Source: a virus
Taxonomy: Duplodnaviria > Caudoviricetes
DNA length: 55,615 nucleotides
Reading direction: 5' to 3' (one strand)
Virus record (IMG/VR): IMGVR_UViG_3300028396_000009
Span: 1-55,615 of that record
A model generated the notes under the pieces. That model did no database searches, was not told where the DNA came from, and worked only from the letters and a program-made list of their open reading frames with translations. Of this stretch, positions 48,586-55,615 are shown piece after piece. Made by a program: the position numbers and the translations under genes. Position 1 is the stretch's first letter. The number at the start of each line of letters is the position of its first letter.

Positions 48586-49042
48586 TATACTTTGATTTTA
48601 TACTACTATCTCTAATTTCAACTAATATTTTATTTTGATTCTCAAGCAGTTCAATAATTTTATCAACCTTACTAGGCTCACTAAGATCAAACTCCATTTG
48701 ATTAGGGTCATTAAGCTGCTCGACAGATGTTTGTACAGGCCCCGGAACAATAACTTGCTCTTGTTGAGCTTGTGCTAATTCAGCTGCAGCTTGTTCTGGT
48801 GTTACAACATTAGCTTGCACTGGTAATGGTTGCACTGGTTCTGAAGACGGTGGTGCTTGCTGTGGTTGATGTGAAGCTGGTGTTGAGGTTGATCTAAGCA
48901 CTTGTTCAAACTGTTTTTTTACTTCATCAGACTTGGGTTGCAGGTTTGTGGATTGACCTACAAGCATTTGATCTTGCTGTTTAGTCTCTCCATAAACCTG
49001 CCCCATAAACTTCAGAAGGGTATTTCTTTCTTCTGGTTTCAT
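48551..49042 (-). CDS. Hypothetical Gln/Pro-rich protein
   Basis: 163-aa ORF between gp32 and gp45 with a low-complexity centre. Confidence 0.6.
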   Translation of the reverse strand: MKPEERNTLLKFMGQVYGETKQQDQMLVGQSTNLQPKSDEVKKQFEQVLRSTSTPASHQPQQAPPSSEPVQPLPVQANVVTPEQAAAELAQAQQEQVIVPGPVQTSVEQLNDPNQMEFDLSEPSKVDKIIELLENQNKILVEIRDSSIKSKYNAKRAKNKKPQ

Positions 49043-49045
49043 ATT

Positions 49046-49897
49046 TTACAGATCTTTAAGTAGGTCGTCAATTTCATCATCTACTGAACTTGATGATGTT
49101 TCGTTCACAGTAGGTACTGATTCAACTTGCGGTGTAGATGTAGGTACTACAGGAGCAACTGATGCTACCGTAGCAGCCTCTTCCTCTGAACCATCTTTAC
49201 AATAATAATGTTCGTCAAGCATCTGCTTAAGATCGTCTGCAGACTTAATAGGAAATACCTCTTTAAGGTCATATACATCACCGTATACTTTCTCCTGCTC
49301 TTCAGCTGACAAGTCAATCTTTCCAGCGGTAGTAAATCTAGATGATACGTAAGTCGGGTAATCACCTTGCTGCTCAACCTTCACCTTAAAGTTAACACCA
49401 TCAGCTCCTAGATCAAATACCCGAGCGCCGAACTCCTCTGCGTCTTCACCCTCAATTGCCTCAGTAATGATCTTATGTAGTTGCTTACCGTAACGTAAAA
49501 GCTTTACCTTACCATTATTATCTGGGTTAGTAGGATCATCTACTACATAAACATTAACAAGCCACTTCTCCATACGTCTAATAGCTTGTGACTTCTCTTT
49601 CTCTTCATCTGTACCCATTCGTGAGTCTTTATAACGAGCTTCTGCAATTGGGTCACGCTCACCAAAGGTTTGTGGTGATAGTGCTTGAACATATTGACCG
49701 GTAGCAAACGATACCCAGCCGTGGTTATAATAATGGAAGAAAGTATCTTTAGGTGACTTAGCATAAGGTAGTAACCTAACTGTATAGGTATTACCCGGTC
49801 GGCACTGAATAATTTCGGTATAGTTATTTTGATTTGTTTTGCTTTCTGCAAGTGCCCCTTTAATGGACTCGAACATCGATGTATTGAATGTACTCAT
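49046..49897 (-). CDS. gp32: Single-stranded DNA-binding protein
   Basis: 'VRLLP', 'NVYVVDDPTNPDNNGKVKLLRYGK', 'FDLGADGVNFKVK', acidic tail 'DDEIDDLLKDL'. Confidence 0.92.
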   Translation of the reverse strand: MSTFNTSMFESIKGALAESKTNQNNYTEIIQCRPGNTYTVRLLPYAKSPKDTFFHYYNHGWVSFATGQYVQALSPQTFGERDPIAEARYKDSRMGTDEEKEKSQAIRRMEKWLVNVYVVDDPTNPDNNGKVKLLRYGKQLHKIITEAIEGEDAEEFGARVFDLGADGVNFKVKVEQQGDYPTYVSSRFTTAGKIDLSAEEQEKVYGDVYDLKEVFPIKSADDLKQMLDEHYYCKDGSEEEAATVASVAPVVPTSTPQVESVPTVNETSSSSVDDEIDDLLKDL

Positions 49898-49903
49898 GAT
49901 TTA

Positions 49904-49931
49904 ATTTTAATTTATTTTTGTTTGTTTTCAA
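49904..49931 (-). promoter_or_regulatory. Sigma70-type promoter for gp32
   Basis: (AG)TTGAAA-N16-TAAAAT, 6 nt before ATG 49897. Confidence 0.6.
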
Positions 49932-50565
49932 CTAGTTTAGTTTTAATAATTTGCTTCCCTTTTCTTGCTTTATGTTTTAGTATACTAGAGCCTGTAAACT
50001 TAGTTCTTGTCTTTGTGTATAGGTTCCAGAAGTCGCTAATAATAAAATTAAGAATAGGTGTCTCAACAGATTTTATTATAGCATCAACCTCCAGTAAATG
50101 CAACGTATAAAAGTTAATCTTATGCTGTTTTAAATGTGTAAGTATTTGTGGAAGATTGCTATCCATACTCTTAATATACTCCTCTAGTGTTAAGTTATTA
50201 GCCTTACAATGCTGATATATAAAAGAAAGGCACTCCTTTATTTTAGATATTGAAGAGTCACTATCTGGATCCTGTGTCTCCTTTTTCTTCATATACATTG
50301 AATAACACTTAAGAGCCTTTCTTGTCGTAAAGAAGTGTAAGTCAAAATACTCACTATCACTATATACTTTATATGGTGATATAAACCAATCCTGTAGGTT
50401 AATATGTTTATACCTGTGAAAGAAGGATGAAAGTTTCTTTAAGCATACTATATCCTTTTCAGCTAGGTTATCGAAGTTGTTCCTAAATCGAGTAGGTTTA
50501 TTTTTTACACTTCTAGATGTATATAAGTGACTGTTGTATATCTGCTCTTCTTTTTTTGAAATCAT
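49912..50565 (-). CDS. Basic helical protein, possible helicase loader (gp59-like)
   Basis: 217 aa, basic and aromatic-rich, directly upstream of gp32 as gp59 is in T4; assignment is by size and synteny. Confidence 0.45.
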   Translation of the reverse strand: MISKKEEQIYNSHLYTSRSVKNKPTRFRNNFDNLAEKDIVCLKKLSSFFHRYKHINLQDWFISPYKVYSDSEYFDLHFFTTRKALKCYSMYMKKKETQDPDSDSSISKIKECLSFIYQHCKANNLTLEEYIKSMDSNLPQILTHLKQHKINFYTLHLLEVDAIIKSVETPILNFIISDFWNLYTKTRTKFTGSSILKHKARKGKQIIKTKLVENKQK

Positions 50566-50861
50566 AGATCAATATTCTTATTAGCGTTCAAGTACTTTGT
50601 AATGTACTTGGACTGAGCTATAGAAGGCTCAAACCCTAAGAATATTTTAACTAGTTCAAAGTTATTATCAACTGATAAAAGGTCTTTTAGTATGCTTCTC
50701 AACCTTTCTTCTTTTAATACAAGTACAAATATGTTTTGAAGTGATAGTTTTTTACCTTTTAAAAGCGTGCAATATGTACAGAAGCAAAGAAGTAAATGTT
50801 CAGCCTCCGCATCCATTATAGATTTTGTTGGTGAATTATTTGATTGTGATGTGTTTAACAT
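50562..50861 (-). CDS. Hypothetical protein (99 aa)
   Basis: Overlaps both neighbours in operon fashion. Confidence 0.6.
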   Translation of the reverse strand: MLNTSQSNNSPTKSIMDAEAEHLLLCFCTYCTLLKGKKLSLQNIFVLVLKEERLRSILKDLLSVDNNFELVKIFLGFEPSIAQSKYITKYLNANKNIDL

Positions 50862-51724
50862 GGTAAAAAGTTTTTAGTTAGATTAGCAAATTCATCCGTT
50901 AGCTTACCACCAGCGATTGCTGGTGATCCACCACCTGCACAGAACGCCTTAGCTAATACACTAACATCAGCTTCACATTCTTTTGAACGTCTAAACGATA
51001 CAACTTTTGCATCTAAATTTATGACAATTCCAATATCAGCTTTCTTTCTAGAAATTATAAAATGAGCTACTTCACTAACTGCATAATCAGCAAATATAGA
51101 TACAACCTTATAGTCTTTAATTGTACCCATATAGATCGGACCTTGAAGCTGGTCTCTAAATTTCTTTATAAAAAGCTTTATACCGTTTTTCTCATGTGGG
51201 GTATATGATCTAAACCCACCGTAGAAAGCTTCAATAAACTTATCAACCTTTGGCTTATTGTATGTTTTATGAATTGCGTTTAATTTGAGAGAGTCACTAT
51301 ATTGAAGCTTGTAGCTATCATAATCATCTATGTATTTTATCAACTCGTCTTGTTGTGATGTTAGCTTTATAACACTACTAAATTTATCTTTAAGAAGCTT
51401 AATACATGAAGTATACGGTTCAATTATAGCTTTAGCATTTTTATATTGCGTCACTTTCTTTGAGTGTGGTATATGATGATCTACAATAACAAAATTTGAC
51501 CTATCTACAACTTCTATTTGCTCAGGTGATAGATCTAAATCAAGAACAAAAACCTTATCAAAATGGTCAAGTGTATGCTTTCTATTATTAATCTCATTAG
51601 TAAAACTTAACTCACTCGTCTCTATAACAATAAAGTCTACGATCTTAGTATTATATAACCATTTTATAAACAGTGCAGAACCTGCACCATCAAGATCGTT
51701 ATCTGTAAAGACTAATATATTCAC
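50855..51724 (-). CDS. DHH-family phosphoesterase (DHH/DHHA1-like)
   Basis: 'TDNDLDG', 'VLDL', 'IVDHH', 'DDYD', 'SFRR', 'GGGSPAIAGG'. Confidence 0.85.
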   Translation of the reverse strand: MNILVFTDNDLDGAGSALFIKWLYNTKIVDFIVIETSELSFTNEINNRKHTLDHFDKVFVLDLDLSPEQIEVVDRSNFVIVDHHIPHSKKVTQYKNAKAIIEPYTSCIKLLKDKFSSVIKLTSQQDELIKYIDDYDSYKLQYSDSLKLNAIHKTYNKPKVDKFIEAFYGGFRSYTPHEKNGIKLFIKKFRDQLQGPIYMGTIKDYKVVSIFADYAVSEVAHFIISRKKADIGIVINLDAKVVSFRRSKECEADVSVLAKAFCAGGGSPAIAGGKLTDEFANLTKNFLPC

Positions 51725-51730
51725 TCATTA

Positions 51731-51738
51731 TATTTATA
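51731..51738 (-). promoter_or_regulatory. T4 late promoter TATAAATA
   Basis: 6 nt before GTG 51724. Confidence 0.65.
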
Positions 51739-51747
51739 CCACCTTTA

Positions 51748-53055
51748 CTATCTTGCAAGGCCTGCTAACGCATTAAGTGTATCATCATCATCATCTTCAA
51801 GGTCAACATCATCAGCCTGCTCAATGGATAGTGTAGGATAATCGATTCTCATAGCTTGAGTCATACCTCTAGCACCGTACCTGTTCTTCATCATACCCAA
51901 TCTAATAATCTCCATCTCACGATCCTCCTCATTCTGATAAATAGACACAATGCAGTCAGCAGTTGCAGCCAGGCCTATAGATTCCGATATAGTAGCTAGC
52001 TCGGGGTTATCTTGATCAAATCCAGATCGATTTAACTGAGTAGCTGATATAATAGGACACTCAAATACATATGACATAGCACGTACTTGCTCAGTTACAT
52101 GCTTAATACGTTCATATGAATTACTACCTACAGATGAGTTTAATAAGTTAAGATAGTCAATTACAATAGCATCTAATTTAATTCCTTTATCCTCAAACTT
52201 CTTTATATATCCTTTAAGTTGATTAGGTGTAATAGTTGATGGTGGAAACTCTTTAATAAACATCTTACCCTTCTCCTGATTAATCGTATGCTTAATAGTA
52301 GGACCATTATGACGTAACTCCTTCATAGGTATTTTAGTAACATTCGAACAAATACGCTGAGCATATAGCAGTTCAGCCATCTCTAACGTTACAAGTAACA
52401 CATTTTTACCTTGACTAGCAATATTATGAGCGATATTACCTAGAAATATAGACTTACCGATATTTGTTTCACCAGCAAAAACATACAAAGACTTACCATT
52501 CTCTAAGAAACCACCACCGAGATGTTCATCTAACCACTCCCACTTTGAGGGTATAAATCTCTGCTCTGAATTTAGGTCATCAATAAGTAAGTCAATCTCA
52601 TCATACATGTTATAACCTAAATCAGTTACTAGACTTATATTACAAGACTCCTCAAACTTCTGCAGTACATCAGATGTATCAACTTCACCCTTTGAAACAT
52701 CTTCAGCTACATTTAGCATAGTATGATATACAGCCTTCTCTTTAAGAAACCTTTCTGTGTTATCATATAACTCATCTTTATCTAGATTCTTATCTATATT
52801 ATTAAATGACTGAACTAACTCCTTAAATGAGCTTTTCTGATCATCAGTAACAAGGTAAGTCTTTATTTCGGTTATAGTAGGTAACTTATTTCTCTTCTCA
52901 GAGAAGTCCTTAATAATATCAAAGACGCTCGCAATGGCCTTACTCTTAAAGTACTCTGGCTTAACACTATCAGCTATAGCTGCTAAATAACCACTATCAG
53001 TAAGGGCCTTATATATTAGTATATTTTCATACTCGTCTAGATTAATTAAGCTCAC
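51748..53055 (-). CDS. gp41: DnaB-like replicative helicase
   Basis: Walker A 'AGETNIGKS', 'TLEM', 'IKEFPP', Walker B 'IVIDYLNL', 'SATQLNRSG', 'SESIGL', 'KNRYG'. Confidence 0.96.
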   Translation of the reverse strand: MSLINLDEYENILIYKALTDSGYLAAIADSVKPEYFKSKAIASVFDIIKDFSEKRNKLPTITEIKTYLVTDDQKSSFKELVQSFNNIDKNLDKDELYDNTERFLKEKAVYHTMLNVAEDVSKGEVDTSDVLQKFEESCNISLVTDLGYNMYDEIDLLIDDLNSEQRFIPSKWEWLDEHLGGGFLENGKSLYVFAGETNIGKSIFLGNIAHNIASQGKNVLLVTLEMAELLYAQRICSNVTKIPMKELRHNGPTIKHTINQEKGKMFIKEFPPSTITPNQLKGYIKKFEDKGIKLDAIVIDYLNLLNSSVGSNSYERIKHVTEQVRAMSYVFECPIISATQLNRSGFDQDNPELATISESIGLAATADCIVSIYQNEEDREMEIIRLGMMKNRYGARGMTQAMRIDYPTLSIEQADDVDLEDDDDDTLNALAGLAR

Positions 53056-53061
53056 ATATAT

Positions 53062-53089
53062 AGTGTAATATGTATCAGCTCATATTCAA
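53062..53089 (-). promoter_or_regulatory. Sigma70-type promoter for helicase
   Basis: (AG)TTGAAT-N16-TACACT, 6 nt before GTG 53055. Confidence 0.6.
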
Positions 53090-53110
53090 CTAAATTATGT
53101 TACAAAAGAA

Positions 53111-53437
53111 CTAATAGTCTCGTTTTTGTTTGTATACAGTATACAGACTAACAGCTGTGTAATATATATAGGCGTTTATATTCCAATATAAACTAGATCC
53201 AGCTTGCTTCTTCATATTACTCAAAAATATTATGTCTGCCTCCCTATAGCTAATAATTTTTGAACCATGGTGAATATCATGAATAATACAACTAAGATTA
53301 AACCGAGCGCTAAGTATTTTTCTCAACCACCTAGGTGTAAACTTATTAACACCACAGTGACTATTACACTCTGGTAACTTTATACCAGTCTTTTTTTCAA
53401 GCTCTTTTATTTGTCTTCTTAAATCATCATCAACCAT
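53111..53437 (-). CDS. Phospholipase A2-like / DUF1353-like protein
   Basis: 'HCG...FNLSCIIHDIHH...READIIFLSNM...YYTAV' matches the C-x-x-H-D PLA2-like pattern; AATAAATA 5 nt upstream. Confidence 0.6.
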   Translation of the reverse strand: MVDDDLRRQIKELEKKTGIKLPECNSHCGVNKFTPRWLRKILSARFNLSCIIHDIHHGSKIISYREADIIFLSNMKKQAGSSLYWNINAYIYYTAVSLYTVYKQKRDY

Positions 53438-53445
53438 ACCAATAT

Positions 53446-54111
53446 TTATTGGTCAGTTGCTTTATATTTGTTTAAAAACCACTCTTGACCCTTTTCAAAT
53501 TCAGGTGTAAACTCTCTAAGTCCAGGTGATGCATGTGTTATGAGAATATCACTAACACCTACTTTAAACCCAGCTTTATGAGCTGCCATGCTATAGTCAA
53601 TATCGTAAAAATGAAATTTAGCAGGGCACTTTTCATCAAATCGCACTTTTTCAAACACTTCTTTTTTGATAGCCATAAACACACCATCAATCATAACTAC
53701 CTGTTGCGGGTATGGTCCGAAAGCAGTCATGCCTTTTGCATTACCATTTAAATGAGATACAGCACCGTGTAAGTTACCACTTCCAAAACCACCACCCATT
53801 AGATGCCATAGTGCTGGTTTTTCTAGCTTACACTGTGTTGCACCTGCTACACCAAATATATCAAACTGATCAAAGTTTTCTAATAGTTTTGCTTCAGTAA
53901 CATTCTCTAATATAACATCATCATGACATAACACAAGATAGTCAACACCTTCTTTTTTACAGAAGTCGATTGCCTTGTTATAAGCCTTTGCAATAGATAA
54001 CCTATTACGTTCTTTAAAGTAAATCTCTACACCGTCTACATACCTACCTGATTTATAGAGTAAACAGTTCTTCTTCTTACCTTTTGTTAGTGAAAAATAA
54101 AATACCTTCAT
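53446..54111 (-). CDS. GT-A fold glycosyltransferase (GT2-like)
   Basis: 'IAKAYNKAI', 'LCHDDV', 'IDGVFMA', 'FDE...FHFYDIDYS', 'HASPG'. Confidence 0.85.
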   Translation of the reverse strand: MKVFYFSLTKGKKKNCLLYKSGRYVDGVEIYFKERNRLSIAKAYNKAIDFCKKEGVDYLVLCHDDVILENVTEAKLLENFDQFDIFGVAGATQCKLEKPALWHLMGGGFGSGNLHGAVSHLNGNAKGMTAFGPYPQQVVMIDGVFMAIKKEVFEKVRFDEKCPAKFHFYDIDYSMAAHKAGFKVGVSDILITHASPGLREFTPEFEKGQEWFLNKYKATDQ

Positions 54112-54779
54112 ATGAATAAAAATGGTGACTTAACTTCAAAGCTTCCTACCTTATTAAACCTCTTAGTTTCAGCATTTAGCCTTAGAATAGTTCCTTCAGG
54201 TACTAGCTTGTAACCTTTACCAGGCATGGTTGAATAGTCTCCTTTACTATTATAATGTAAGATGGAACCATTTCTAGCTAAATATACCTCGTTAGTATCA
54301 CAATCAATAATTGATAGGGCAAATGTACCTTCCAACATTTCCAGCACTTGCTTAATATAATAAACCGGTCTTGGCTTCTTATAATTACAGTTTTCCATCA
54401 TATGTTGTAACAATTCAGGTATAATTGCTGTATCAACAGGGTTATTCCAACTCGGTCTACACCATTGCTCTAGTTCAGCAGCATTTGTTAATACTCCGTT
54501 ATGAAATACCATCCATGATAAACTATCAAACGGATGTGAGGTGTCCCACGCCCAGTCTCTCTTTGCGGATGTAGGAGCCTGTACATGTCCAGTAAAGTAC
54601 TTCGTATTAAAGTGATCAATCTTAACCTTATCAAAGTTAATATCACCTTCAACCTTCATAATTAGCTGATCGTCTGTTGTAAGACTTACAGCACTACTTG
54701 CAAAGTTACCCCTCTCTTTATTTGCATCATATAACACTTCAAAGGTAGATATATCTGCTGAACCAAATATTGCGCAAAT
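54108..54779 (-). CDS. Class II (Ntn) glutamine amidotransferase domain protein, probable ATT start
   Basis: Extending the track ORF 14 codons in frame gives ATT-C-A-I-F-G-S...ERG...GHVQAPT...HPF...HNGVLTN...VDT...LEGTFA...ARNGS, the GATase-2 motif series with N-terminal Cys. Confidence 0.85.
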   Translation of the reverse strand: MCAIFGSADISTFEVLYDANKERGNFASSAVSLTTDDQLIMKVEGDINFDKVKIDHFNTKYFTGHVQAPTSAKRDWAWDTSHPFDSLSWMVFHNGVLTNAAELEQWCRPSWNNPVDTAIIPELLQHMMENCNYKKPRPVYYIKQVLEMLEGTFALSIIDCDTNEVYLARNGSILHYNSKGDYSTMPGKGYKLVPEGTILRLNAETKRFNKVGSFEVKSPFLFI

Positions 54780-54786
54780 AACGTGT

Positions 54787-54793
54787 CTCCTTT
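54787..54793 (-). promoter_or_regulatory. Shine-Dalgarno AAAGGAG for the ATT-initiated amidotransferase
   Basis: Minus strand reads AAAGGAG-ACACGTT-ATT-TGC (7-nt spacer). Confidence 0.7.
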
Positions 54794-54801
54794 CTGTTTT
54801 G

Positions 54802-54809
54802 ATTAAATA
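54802..54809 (+). promoter_or_regulatory. T4-late-type promoter (ATTAAATA) for the endonuclease
   Basis: 5 nt before ATG 54815. Confidence 0.65.
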
Positions 54810-54814
54810 CTTTC

Positions 54815-55495
54815 ATGTTCTATTATATTTACAAAATAACTAATGTAGTCAATAATATATTTTATATTGGTTCTCATAAAACTCAAGATCTAAATGATGG
54901 TTATTTTGGATCAGGCATATACTTAAAAAGAGCTATTAAAAAACACGGTAAAGAGAACTTTAGGAAGGAGATTGTACTATATTGTAACTCTGAGGTTGAA
55001 ATGAGGGAGAAAGAGACGGAGTATCTATTAGGTGTGAGAAATGAAAATGTTTATAATTTAAAGTTTTGTGCTCTAGGTGGTAATACAAGAGCTACATATA
55101 CAAAAAAAGAAAAGAAACAGTATATACAAAAGTTAATTGATAATCCGGATTCACCTATAGGTAAAAAAGGAACAGATGCGTTTAATTACGGAACATCTCT
55201 TAGTAAGCAAACAAAAAAGAAGCAAAGCAATAGTCATAAGAAAAGGTGGGAGAATATTAAGACGAGTCCGGAGTACAGTGATTATAGGAAGGCATTAAAA
55301 GAGCATGCACTTGGTAATATTGATAAAATGGCTGCAAAGAGGAGAAAGAAGATTCATTTGAAAGATAAACAGACAGGAAAAACTTTTAAGTTTTGTTCAC
55401 TTACTCAATGTATTAAAGAGACTGGGTTAAGCACATATATGGTACACAGACTTAAAAAGGGATATACAGGTCATCCCAAATATATCTTGTTATAA
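54815..55495 (+). CDS. Free-standing GIY-YIG homing endonuclease (Seg-like)
   Basis: 'YIYKITN..N..FYIGSH', 'YFGSG', 'KHGKENF.KE', 'YNL...GG'; basic NUMOD/HTH-like C-terminus; opposite orientation to its neighbours. Confidence 0.9.
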   Translation: MFYYIYKITNVVNNIFYIGSHKTQDLNDGYFGSGIYLKRAIKKHGKENFRKEIVLYCNSEVEMREKETEYLLGVRNENVYNLKFCALGGNTRATYTKKEKKQYIQKLIDNPDSPIGKKGTDAFNYGTSLSKQTKKKQSNSHKKRWENIKTSPEYSDYRKALKEHALGNIDKMAAKRRKKIHLKDKQTGKTFKFCSLTQCIKETGLSTYMVHRLKKGYTGHPKYILL

Positions 55496-55504
55496 ATTAC
55501 TTAT

Positions 55505-55615
55505 CTACAGTTTTGAATTATTCTCTTGTTCCTTTTTAGCTTTTTGCCTTTCAAGTAAAGCAAGAGACTCTTCTTCGTGACCATAATATAGTCTACGATC
55601 TCGAGGAATACGCCA
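55505..55615 (-). CDS. 3' end of an unidentified gene (partial)
   Basis: Minus strand is open from the window end: WRIPRDRRLYYGHEEESLALLERQKAKKEQENNSKL*. Confidence 0.5.
   Translation of the reverse strand, partial: WRIPRDRRLYYGHEEESLALLERQKAKKEQENNSKL

Noticed and set aside
1385-53900. Numerous short nested or antisense ORFs in the track (e.g. 2400-2618, 12487-12900, 22981-23397, 29844-30317, 49543-49851)
   Set aside because: They lie wholly within well-supported genes and lack promoter boxes or recognisable motifs.
54780-55504. Group I intron or intein carrying the GIY-YIG ORF and supplying the missing ATG
   Set aside because: The ORF is antisense with almost no flanking sequence for a ribozyme core, the base before the Cys codon is T rather than the terminal G, there is no upstream ATG exon, and an in-frame stop excludes an intein.
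1-55615. Stop-codon reassignment (alternative genetic code)
   Set aside because: Conserved genes are full length under the standard code, and TAA, TAG and TGA all terminate genes at expected positions.

Overview
This window is a segment of a large, AT-rich T4-like (contractile-tailed) bacteriophage genome, not a cellular chromosome. 1-13.8 kb (+): end of the large terminase, tail completion protein, sheath, tube and baseplate hub genes (gp54/gp26/gp51/gp29/gp48/gp53/gp27-like), then a large protein with a C-terminal M15 peptidase. 13.8-16.4 kb: an island of small terminase, dUTPase, an unannotated 37-aa basic protein, clamp loader and a probable head protein. 16.5-43.6 kb (+): baseplate wedge (gp25, gp6, gp7-like), tail-fibre genes and about 13 kb of very large adhesin-like virion proteins (lectin, LamG, beta-propeller, DUF11/Ig, vWA). 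43.6-55.6 kb (mostly -): replication module (primase, RNase H, sliding clamp, gp32, gp59-like, DHH protein, gp41 helicase), a PLA2-like gene, a glycosyltransferase, a class II glutamine amidotransferase and an inverted GIY-YIG homing endonuclease. Most notable: (i) the amidotransferase appears to start at a non-canonical ATT behind a strong Shine-Dalgarno at the edge of the endonuclease cassette; (ii) about 26 T4-late-type TAAATA boxes and several sigma70-type promoters sit mostly 5-6 nt from start codons, implying largely leaderless mRNAs; (iii) a shuffled Ig/lectin/vWA appendage system; (iv) a motif-variant DHH protein inside the helicase operon. All family calls come from motif recognition and gene order by eye; no searches were run. 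No tRNA, rRNA or CRISPR array was seen.
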